A stretch of 63,979 bases of DNA, filler included, from Octopus bimaculoides (Eukaryota): assembly GCF_001194135.2 (NCBI RefSeq). It is 9 parts of 9 records of this genome, joined end to end, with 100 filler letters (N's around TTAATTAATTAA, not from the genome) between each part and the next. Parts side by side here need not be neighbours in the genome. Positions count along the whole stretch, not along the records: positions 52,687 to 62,207 come from NC_068996.1; positions 62,308 to 63,979 come from NW_026412380.1; 7 more parts are not named here. The stretch is one strand, 5' to 3'. This document shows, in pieces, positions 53,390 to 63,979 of this stretch; position 1 is the first letter of the stretch; each line of letters opens with the position of its first letter. A program made the position numbers and the translations under genes. A model generated the notes under the pieces. It saw only the letters and a program-made list of their open reading frames with translations, made no database searches and had not been told where the DNA came from.

Positions 53390-54605
53390 CATTATCCTTA
53401 TTGTGATCTTGCCCTCATAGCAGAATCTGTGACAGAATTAGAAAAGAAATTTCAGGTGTGGAAACAGAACCTGAAATCAAAGAAGTTGGACAGAACCCTT
53501 CAACCTTTCTGGTAAATGGCCCTGCTCAATATGTAAGAAGGGTTTAAGCAGAAATTATGTTTGGTGTACCCAGTGCAAGTTATGGACACAAAAGAGGTGC
53601 AAGGAAGTTTAATAGTGGGAAGGTTAACAGGAAAAGTAGTGTTTGTATGTGGAAGATGTCCAAGAGACATAAAGACCACAGATGCACAAGAAACTGATTT
53701 CCTCAACTATCCTGGAGGCTCTCTGCAAGTTGTAGATGATTTCTACCTAGGTGATCTAATTAGCCGTGGAGGAGGTTGTACAGAAAGTGTAATTGTTGAA
53801 ATAAGAATAAGGAGGAGAAAGTTCAGAGAGCTTTTACCTCTGTTGACAACCAAAAATCACTCTCTCTGAATGAAGGGGAGATTGTATGATGTATGTGACT
53901 GAACTGCAATGCTACATGTTGTGAGATGTGGGACCTGAATGCAGAGGACATGTAAAGACCAGAGATGAACGAAGCTGGTATGTTCTGCTGGATGTGTAAT
54001 GTCAATATACATATGCAACAGAGCACTAGTGTATTGAGAGAAAAGTTAGGCATAAGAGGAATCATATTCAGGTGTGCAAGAGAGGAGACTGCATTGGTTT
54101 GTTCACATGATGTGGTTGGATGAGGACAGTTGTATAAAGGAGTGCTGCTCACTTAAAGTGGAAGGAAGCTGTAGAAGAGGGAGACTTGGGAAGACATGGG
54201 ATGAACTATTTATGGCCAATCTTAAAATGCTAAAACTTATGAAAGATATGATAGAGGACCAAAACATGTGACACATTGCTGTTCTCAAGAAGTCCCACCC
54301 ACTACAAGAGAATTGATAACCTAAAACCAAGGTGTCACATAAAAACGGCATTGGTGTGGGTACTAGTGCCATGTAAAGAGCACTGGTGTTGGTGCCACAT
54401 AAAAAGCATTGTATTGGTGCTATGTAAAAAGCACCCAGTACACTCTATAAAAGTTGTTGGCTTTAGGAAGGGCATCCAGCTGTAGAAATCAAGCCAAAAC
54501 AGGTTATGGAATCTGGTGAAGCCCCTAGCCTTGCCAGTTCCTGTCAAGCTGTCCAACTCATGCCAGCATGGAAACAGACATTAAATGTTGATGATGATGA
54601 TTATG
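53390..54605 (+). mobile_element. Decayed RTE-clade LINE 3' third with 3' UTR and (GAT)n tail
   Basis: DLALIAESVTELEKKFQVWKQ, GKWPCSICKKG...CTQCKLW...FVCGRC, DFYLGDLISRGGGCTES...KFRELLPLL, LREKLGIRG, QERRLHWFVHM...GRLGKTWDE. Frameshifted. Tail GATGATGATGA at about 54590. Confidence 0.9.
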
Positions 54606-54937
54606 ATTTTTCTTATTACTTAGACAGTGAACTGGCAGAATCGTTAGCACATCAGACAAAATGCTTAGCAGTATTGCATCCATCTTTACATTCTGAGCTC
54701 AAATTCCACCAAGGTTGACTTTGCCTTTCATCCCTTTGGGATCAATAAAATAAGTAGCAGTCAAATACTGGTGTCAACATAATCAATTTCCCCCTCCCCT
54801 CAAAAACTGCTGGCCCTGTGCCAAAATTTGAAACCATCATCATCATCATTATTTTCTTATCTATTTCTTTATATAATGATGTGTTGAATGTAATTAGTGT
54901 TTTTTATTTCTACTTAGTTGTTCTTATTTAATTTCAG

Positions 54938-56021
54938 ATATAATTACAACCGTGAAGATGAAGAAATTTACAAAGAGTTTCTAGAAATTGATACTGATTT
55001 CATTCCGCAAATTGTTAAATCTGTTGACAGACATAAAAAGGGTAGCATTTTAAGAGATCCAGAATGCTATGCTGATTTGCTGAGATTCTACGATGGTATT
55101 TGTGAATGGGAAGAAGGCAGTTCAACTCCAGTCCTGCATGTTGGCTGGGCAACACACTTAGTATTTTCATTGACTAAATTTGATTCACGAGTTCGACAAA
55201 GCATTGATCTGCGCATTGAAGACAAAGAAGAAGAATTGGAAGCCGAAGATACAATACCGGATGAGATGAAAGAGAATGCTGACAATGAAAACAATATCGA
55301 GAAAAATGATGAGACCTCAGTTACAGAAAGTTTGAACAAAAAATATTCTAAAAAGCGACGCCGCAAATCAGGACAATCACTGAAGTTTGACAACAAAAAA
55401 CACAATAATAATAACAATGATGAAACTAGTGATCAAAATAAGATTCTGTGGGATGTTACAAAGTTCAATGGCAAGTCAAGTGAGGACCAAATTAAATGTG
55501 CTATAGAAGAATTAGTGTCCAAGACTGAAGAAGATGGTCAAGATAATATCCCAAATTCTAATATAACTGCTTTGGCACAGGCATGCGGAGAGTCAATATT
55601 GAACCCTGATTATTTGCTTGGCAGTGGGGAGCCATTTGCTTTAGCTTCGGCTACAGGCGGCGCTACTAATGCAGATACTAAAGTTGATTACGATGAATTT
55701 CTCAGTACCAAGTCAAATGGAACACCGTTCTTTGGCATGACAGTGGATTCTCTTCTTAAAGCTGAAAGTCCTGCTGACATGATGATGTGTCGAAAGTCTG
55801 CTGATGGGGCAGCAAACTCTTATGCGTTGCCAACTGTCTCCCTAGCTTTACGGAGTAAAAAAATGAAAGGTTTGAGGAAAATCTTGCAGTCAGCTAAACT
55901 GAATGCGAGTGCTATAAAACTTCAGCTTACTGCACAATCCCAAGTAGAATTCAGGCATAATAAGCGTGGTCTAGAAGCTGCTGATCAGACTTCAACAAGG
56001 AAACGTCTGCGACGAGAGTAA
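54938..56021 (+). CDS. MEN1: Menin, terminal coding exon (equivalent to human residues ~350-610); upstream exons not found in the window
   Basis: Translation [16 protein letters not shown]...[39 protein letters not shown]...[29 protein letters not shown] matches menin hallmark motifs (human [58 protein letters not shown], recalled). A T-rich tract and TTTCAG acceptor end at 54937 (phase 2). The frame is open to TAA at 56019-56021. Basic NLS-like stretches SKKRRRK and RKRLRRE are present. Confidence 0.97.
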
Positions 56022-56230
56022 CCAAATTGTTTTAAAACTCTTCTCTTCGATTTTATTTTTGTAAAGAAAATAGGAAAAATCTTTTGTTTTTATTTTGTTT
56101 GTTTGTTTTAAATATTGGAATAGTCTCTTAAATCATGTCTTTGTTGAACATATCAGTTGATCTGGTTTCTCTATTCTATTGTATTCATTTATTTGTTCAC
56201 ACACACAAACATGCACATAAACACTACACT

Positions 56231-56262
<32 letters not shown>

Positions 56263-59237
56263 CACACATACACATGTAGCCAAGGTGTAAATTTCTTGTT
56301 TTAATGTGTATGTTTACATATACTTCACAGCTTTCAATTTTTTTTGATTATTTATTTATCCTAAAATTTTATTTCTTAAAATGCATTACTCCCGACTATC
56401 TCTTGGATACTTTTTACATTTTAGCTGTGAAATCTAATTTCAAAAGATTAACATATAGCTATGTTTATGTTTTGAAATTCAGAAATTTATGAATATTTGT
56501 TTAAAAGAAAGGAAGAAAAAATTGCAAGGCTCATTAATTAAGAAAATTTTAGAAAATTGCATGGAAAATATTTTAGACATTGATGAAATTTTATATGTAT
56601 TTAATTCTCTGTAATCTGTTTTTTGTCAATTTTGTTTGGTTTTTCTACATTATTGCATTACTGCTATCATCTGTATTTCTTTCATATCTTATCTACAATG
56701 AATATAAGCCTTATAGTTTTCCATTGTTACGCTTATTTACAAAAATATCTGAGTTGTTATAGAATGCTAGAATTATTGACAAGCTTTATCTTATACAACC
56801 TGGATTTAACTTCTTATTGATATAATTTCAGGTATATTAATACTTTTAAGCAAAAGCATTAATTACAGTTGTTTTGTTTGTTTATATTATATATCATCTG
56901 TTTGTGAAATATGGTATCATTGGTTATCGGTTTCTAACTGGCCAATTACTAGTTCCTGGTACTTCGAATCATAACTGGCATCCTGTCAGTTCCAGTTTAT
57001 CGGATCAACTAAACAGCCTGCTCATGAAATTAATGTGCACATGGCTGAGCACTCATCAGACACATGTACCCATAACATAGTTCTCAGGGAGATTCAGCAT
57101 GACACAGAATGTGACAAGGCTGGCCCTTTTGAATGACAGGTACAACTCATTTTTGCCAGCTGATTGAACTGGAACAATGTGAAATAAAGTGTCTTGCTTT
57201 AAGGACACTACACATAACTGGGGATTGAACTAATGAACTTAGAAAATATGATCCAATATCCTAACCACTAAGCTATGCACCATTCTGATCAAGTGGAATA
57301 AATACCACAAGGTAACTTTTTGTTTGACACACTAATTTATTGATAAGCAATACCCCACTATGTGTTGTGTGTGTGTGTGTGTTTGTGTATATATATGCAT
57401 ACATACATATATAACAGAGGATAAAACTTTAAAAAAAAAATGTTGACAGTGGCCAGCATATAAAATGAAACTAGTTAAGGTGAAAATTACACACACACAG
57501 ACATATATTTGTGTGCATGTACTACGCACATGCACACACACACACACGACGACCCGCTTCTACACAGTTTTCACCTACCAAATTTCTCCCATACAGCAGT
57601 AGTTAACTCAAGTCTCTGCTAGAAAACACTTGCCCAAGCACAATGGGATCAAACTTGAAATCTCATGACTAATCTATTCACTAAAAATATACAAATTTGT
57701 AGCTTTGTTGTAAATTTAAAGTAAATTCAAATAAATTTAAACAAAAAAATAGAGGCTTAATAATGTAGCAACAAATACAAATATGTCCTGTTGTATCTGT
57801 TGTGAGTATCTAATGATGACAAATTGTGATAGTAAGACACAGAAATACACCCAAACCATGTCAGCATGGAAAAATGTGGATGTAAAATTATGATGATCAC
57901 GAAGAGGATAATTAATTTTCACTCACTGCATCTTGCAGTTGTGTATGTATACTCAATGTTACAACTGTATGCCAAGTGTATATCTTTATAACTATGAGCC
58001 AACATTACGACCTTTCTGCAGTCACTCACTCTGGTAGAAATAACAACCAACTCTTCCTCATCTTAAATGCAAAAGATATATTGGAATATGTATACATGGA
58101 TATGTGTCTGGAAAAAAAAGCAGGATGTTCATGGTTGGAATGCATTCACCCATGCATCTGCTTTACAACAGCTGGTCTGTAGCTAAGCAACAGTAACATC
58201 TTTGTAACGATTGTCAATAATCAAGCTTATATTTTCAGTCTTTTAAATCCACAGTTACCCTCATTTTACTACTTCATCTCACAATTTAGAGAAAATAAAA
58301 ATATTTTGATGTGTTTTGTGCATAAAGTCATGAAAGATATTAAAACAAAAATATATATTTTAGTCTATAAATAATCTACACCACAGAAAGCTATTAAGTA
58401 CATAACTTCCTTATGAAGGTGTATGACCCAATGGTTAGGATGTTCATCTCCAGACCTTAAGATCATCAGTTCAATTCCAAGACCAGGCATCAGTACTCAA
58501 CTGTAAATAAATATCAGTTGGGTGCTGGATGTTCTTCCAGGGTCATGAATGAGGGTTCTGAGAGGGAATCATGTCTGCTCATGGTTTCATAGGTGCTTAA
58601 ATCAATTTGCAAAATCACAGTATTTGTTACCAAACCATACTTGCTTATGAGTTATGGTTTGCTGAACTGTATATCACTTCTTTATTCAAAAAGCAAATAT
58701 TGTTATCCAAATTTTTGTTTTGCATTTGAGTTAGTATTTTTCACACTTACTTCTTTCATATTCAGATTACTTTGTCAAATGTGAAGCTTATTTATTCACA
58801 TTGTTTTAAATTTATCATGCATTATCTCATAGCTTCAAGATTTTTTATGATGTGATTCTTTATTTTTAAAATGACATTGTTGGGTAGGGGAGAAAGGCCT
58901 GATCTGGCTGATTTGAACATAAAACAGGTAGAATATTGGCCAGATATAAGCTTGTTTAAATGGTAAAGGATTAAATAAAATTTATTATTTTTTTCCCATA
59001 CACCCAGCTACAGCTTGTGTCATGCCACTGTATGTGCATCGCTGCTTTAACTGAAAGTCCACGTCAATTCCTTGATTCCTAATCACACAGTTTTTTAATA
59101 GGTAAAATATAGAGTATGAATAATGTGGAAATGGCAAAAACAGTTTGCAAAGAATTAAAGATACGTTTCTATTAATACCAATAGAAATAATCTTTTTGTT
59201 TTTAATGAAATAATACATACATATATATATATATATG

Positions 59238-59268
<31 letters not shown>

Positions 59269-61949
59269 ACACACCCACCCACATGTATAATGTGTGTTTT
59301 TCTTTTACTCTTCTTATACTTTCTCTAGTGTCTCATTTTTGGCATGGTTTCTTTGGCTGAATGCCTTTTCTTATGCCAACCACTTTACAGAGTGTGCTGA
59401 GTGTTTTTTCCATGGCACCAGCACTAGTGAGGTTACCCTGTAGCTTGCAAGACCTCTTTGACTGAGAGGACAATTAGGATATAAGAAGGCTGCTTTATGT
59501 GAAGTATTGAGAAGTTGAAGTATGATAGGAGGATTAAGAATAGGTTTGTTGTTGTAGAGGAGATTCATTGCTAATATGCATTTTACATTGGATTGTCGGG
59601 TGGTTAGAAGAGAGATTGATGAGGTGCCAGAATGTACCCTCCAGATAACATTCCCAAGATGATGAATGGAAGAGAAAATGAAGACAGGTGAATCAGCAAG
59701 GGTGGATATGGTTGCAAGAGTTTGAAAGGAGAATGAAAGGAAAATATATAAACATAGGGTGGAGGTAGTGAGATAAGAATAGGTGAACAAAGGTTGGGAT
59801 AATTTATGGTAAATATGAGTGGGAAGTTGATAAGAATGATGGGTTCAATTGAAAGTAGCTCAAGAGAGTGGGTGATGATTGGCAATATGGAAATGGTGAC
59901 ATGAAATGATTTGTAGTGACCGGTTTCTGATTTCATTATTTGCATCAGCAGAATAATAGAGTAGATTGGATAGTAATGGGAAATGAAGGGTGGATTTAAA
60001 AGTTTTCAAGTATGTGGAGTGATTAAAAGATAGATAAAACAAAGGTGTTTGTGGAATGGTAAATGTGGAGGAGTGTTGATGGCAAGAACAAGATGTGGAT
60101 GTTATTTGTAAGTGGGTTAGGAGAGAGACTCCGTTGTCTGGATGGGAGATAAAGAGAAGAAAAAGCAGCTATCATAGAACTTGTTGAGGCCACTGGTTGA
60201 GGGACCCAGTTGTATGCATAGTGTGCATATACATGCTTCTACAACCTCACTTTTCTACATAGACATTGTGTGTGTGTGTATATATACCAAATTTCACTCA
60301 ACCTGAAGTAATGACAGAAGAGACTTCTCAAGGTGCCTCACAGTGGGATTTAACCCAGAATCACGTGGTTGTGAAGCAAAGTTCTGAATCATCAGTTCAT
60401 GAGTGTCTATATTTTTTCTGTTTTTTTTTTCTACATTTCTGCCTGCACACCCATTTATAAATAAACACTATGTTTAATTAATACACATACCAAATTTGTT
60501 AAAGATATAAATGAATTGATTTTGTTTTTTTAATGATTTCATATCTTTGAAATTATTATATAGGTTGAAATTACCTTTGTTAATATTTTCTTTCATATGT
60601 TACACCACTTTTCTCTTTTTATTTTTTATTGTTTTTTTTTAAGTGGTGTGCTAGTAGAATTGTTAGTATGTTTGATAAAATGCTTAATAGCATTTCATCT
60701 GTCTTTACATTCTGAGTTCAAATTCCACCGAGGCTGACTTTGCCTTTCATCCTTTCAAGTCGAGAAATAAGTACCAGTTGAGCACTGGGGTTGATATAAT
60801 TAACTTACCCCTTCACCTAAATTTCAGGCCTTGTGCCAAAATTTTTTTTTTCTCTTTTATTTTTCAAACTAGAAATAAATTACAATAGATTTCAAGCTTT
60901 GTACAAAAAAAAAAAAGAAAAAAGAAAGCCTAGATCCTCAATCATCTGACAAGATTTTTTTTTTTTTAAGAATTATGTAAACTTGTTAAAAATTGTAATT
61001 TTACCAATCCTTTCTCTCTAGCCAAACAGCCAGATTTATTTAAAAAAAAGATTTAGACATACCCTAGATAACCAGGAGGATCATAATTGGAATAACATGA
61101 TTATAAGTTCTGCTTGAAATGAAGGATGACCTGGAGCTAACCAATAACCAATATTAACATTACCAATAACAATTATATTGATATGTGATGTGATACCAAT
61201 ATATTAGCATTTAGCCCTTTGCCTGTGCAAAGCATTTTCATAAGTTTGTTCTAAGTGCCCTTGTTTTCAAACTTTTAGTTAATCCTTATTTCATACATTC
61301 TGAGTAATATAAAGCTTTCCTTTCATAAGTCCCATGTTAATCTGCTCATTGAAAAACTTGGGAATGTGTATCGTGTATGTTGTATGGATGTTAGGGAAAG
61401 ATGTCCTGTGTATCACAGGCAAAGGGTTAAAGAATTTGTATTACTGCTACTGTTGTTGTGGTCAGTTGGTTGGCTTTTTTTTTTTTTTAGTCTTTTGTGG
61501 TGATGGTGGTAAGTGTGAGGTGGGGTAATAAGTACTATTGTTGCTCTTGTTGTTTTTGTTATCCTTAGTCCAGTAGCAATTCAGATAAAAATATTCTAGT
61601 TCTGAATTAAAAGTGCTTTCTGGAAATGTAATTTAAATAACCAATCTTTCCTTCTCTCTTGTTTGAAGTGGCAGTGGTAGTGGTTGACTTGAGCTTTGTA
61701 CAACGTACAACCATGTATGCATGTGCAACTAACAAGACCAACCATTGGGTGTAATGTTCTTGGGCACTATATACTAAGGGATTCATGGAAAATTATAATG
61801 ATTTACTTTTAAAATAAAATGAAATAAAAATTGTTACCTTCTACATTTTAAAAATATTTCCCCACTTTCACACATTTTAGTATTTACTGATCTCATAATT
61901 TTTAAGATCAGTAAACAAGGGGTACTTATATGTCTATGTATATACATTT

Positions 61950-61982
<33 letters not shown>

Positions 61983-62070
61983 CAAACTTTTTCCTTTTTT
62001 TCTTTTGTTTAACATTATACATACTAATACACATACACACAGCTTTCTCTTTCTTTCTTTGTACATATAC

Positions 62071-62158
<88 letters not shown>

Positions 62159-62307
62159 CAAAGTGACTCAAAGGGTCAGAGTTTTGTGCATGGCACTCTC
62201 TGCCCTTNNNNNNNNNNNNNNNNNNNNNNNNNNNNNNNNNNNNNNNNNNNNTTAATTAATTAANNNNNNNNNNNNNNNNNNNNNNNNNNNNNNNNNNNNN
62301 NNNNNNN

Positions 62308-63979
62308 ACGAACATACGTAGAACGAACGTACTTGCGTATAAATTCGAAATAACGAACGTACGTAGGTGGGTACATATGTCCGTCCGTTTCTTCGAATGT
62401 ACGTACGTATATATACGAAAGAATGAACGTACGTAGGTAGGTACGTACGTCCGTCCGTTTGTACGAATGTACGTACGTATATATACAAACCAACGAACGT
62501 ACGTAGGTAGGTACATACGTCCGTCCGTTTGTTCGAACGTACGTACGTATATATACGAAAGAACAAACGTTTGTAGGTAGATACGTACGTCCGTTCGTTT
62601 CTTCGAAAGTACGTACGTATATATACGAGAGAACGAACGTACATAGGTTGGTACGTACCTCCGTTCGTATGTTCAAACATACGTACGTATATATACGAAA
62701 GAACGAACGTGCATAGAACGAATGTACGAAGAACAAACGTACGTTGAACGAACGTACGTAGGACGAACGTACGTAGAACGAACATACGCAGAACGACGGG
62801 CGTAGAACGAACGTACGTAGTACGAACGTACTTACGTATATATATGAAAGAACGAACGTACGTAGGTACTACGTACGTCCTTTTGTTCGAATATACGTAC
62901 GTATATAAACGAAAGAACGAACGTACGTAAGTAGGTACGTACGTCCGTCCGTTTGTTGGAACATACGTACATATATATACGAAAGAACGAACGTGCATAG
63001 AACGAACGTACGTCGAACGAAGGTTCGTAAAACGAACTTACGTAAAACGAAAGTTCTTAGGACTGACGTACGTAGAACGAACGTACGTAGAAGGAACGTA
63101 CGTACAACGAACTTACGTAGAACATACGTCGAACGAACTAACGTAGGACGAACTACGTAGAACGAACTTACGTAGAACGTACGTCGAACGAACGTACGTA
63201 GAACGAACGAACGTAGAACGAACGTACGTAGAACGAACGTACGTAGAACGAACGTACGTACAACGAACGTACGTACAACGAACGTACGTACAACGAACGT
63301 ATTTACGTATATATATGAAACAACGAAAGTACGTAGTTAGGTACGTACGTTCGTCCGTTTGTTCAAATGTACGTACATATATATATACGAAAGAACGAAC
63401 GTGCATAAAACGAACGTACGTAGAACGAACTTTCGTAGGACGAACGAACGTAGAACCAACGTACGTATAAAGAACTACGAAGAACGAAAATACGTAGAAC
63501 AAACGTACTTACTTATATACACGAAAGAACGAACGTGAGTAGAACGAACGACGTAGAACGAACCTACTTAGAACGAACTACGTAGAATGAACGTACGTAG
63601 AACGATCTACCTAGAACGAACGTACGTAGAACGAACGTACGTAGAACGAACGTACGTAGAACGAACATACGTAAAACAAACGTACGTGGAACGAACGTAC
63701 GTAGAACGAACATACATAGAACGAACTTTCGTATTACGACTGTTCGTTGAACGAACGTACGTAGAACGAACTACGAAGAACGAGCGTACGTAGAANNNNN
63801 NNNNNCGAACATACATAGAACGAACTTTCGTATTACGACTGTTCGTTGAACGAACGTACGTAGAACGAACTACGAAGAACGAGCGTACGTAGAACAAACG
63901 TACGTAGAAAGAACGTACGTAGAACGATTGTACGTAGGTAGGTACATACGTCCGTACGTTTGTTCGAACGTACGTCCGT
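62308..63979. repeat. CpG-rich satellite of 15-bp (AGAACGAACGTACGT) and 70-bp units
   Basis: 70-bp units start at 62331, 62401, 62471, 62541, 62611 and 62681. 15-bp runs lie at about 62710-62830, 63000-63310 and 63540-63950. Confidence 0.95.

Noticed and set aside
38304-56021. CCDC180-MEN1 synteny, or one gene spanning both
   Set aside because: They are different proteins, separated by three artificial linkers, so adjacency is unproven.
63707-63894. Exact ~89-bp duplication on both sides of the 10-N gap
   Set aside because: Most likely unmerged overlapping contig ends, as at 49817, not a biological higher-order repeat.
3039-63897. The great majority of ORF-track entries ([16 protein letters not shown] and X-filled ORFs)
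   Set aside because: They are translations of microsatellites or of N gaps that lack stop codons. They show no splice context or domain content.
62308-63979. CRISPR-like array
   Set aside because: Units are contiguous tandem repeats without unique spacers, there are no cas genes, and the context is eukaryotic.

Overview
Eukaryotic, AT-rich, repeat-saturated draft genomic DNA, most likely from an octopod cephalopod (inferred from the SINE families, microsatellite load and lophotrochozoan-type protein sequences; the species cannot be proven from the sequence). The window is not one contiguous locus: eight artificial 100-bp spacers (44 N + TTAATTAATTAA + 44 N) join nine independent pieces, and there are many further N gaps. 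Two host genes are recognisable, both partial and on the + strand: two spliced internal exons of CCDC180 (38304-38448, 40130-40290) and the large terminal coding exon of menin/MEN1 (54938-56021). The rest is mostly decayed mobile DNA: three tRNA-headed SINE families, RTE, CR1-group, CRE-like and R4/Dong-like LINE fragments, a Penelope-like element with a hammerhead ribozyme, Tc1 and DD37D (maT) transposase remnants, a hAT MITE and Helitron 3' ends, plus micro-, mini- and satellite arrays. Nearly all ORF-track entries are microsatellite or gap artefacts. The best leads are a tRNA-like head next to a hammerhead ribozyme in the Penelope-like terminal repeat; CpG-specific decay of SINEs confined to the gene-bearing pieces (a probable gene-body methylation footprint); an Asp at the menin position equivalent to human Ala368; microsatellite-flanked R4-like elements; a recurrent SINE-Helitron chimera; and a CpG-dense palindromic 15/70-bp satellite. 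No CRISPR array, rRNA, genuine tRNA gene or prokaryotic system was seen. Family assignments come from motif recognition from memory, not from database searches.
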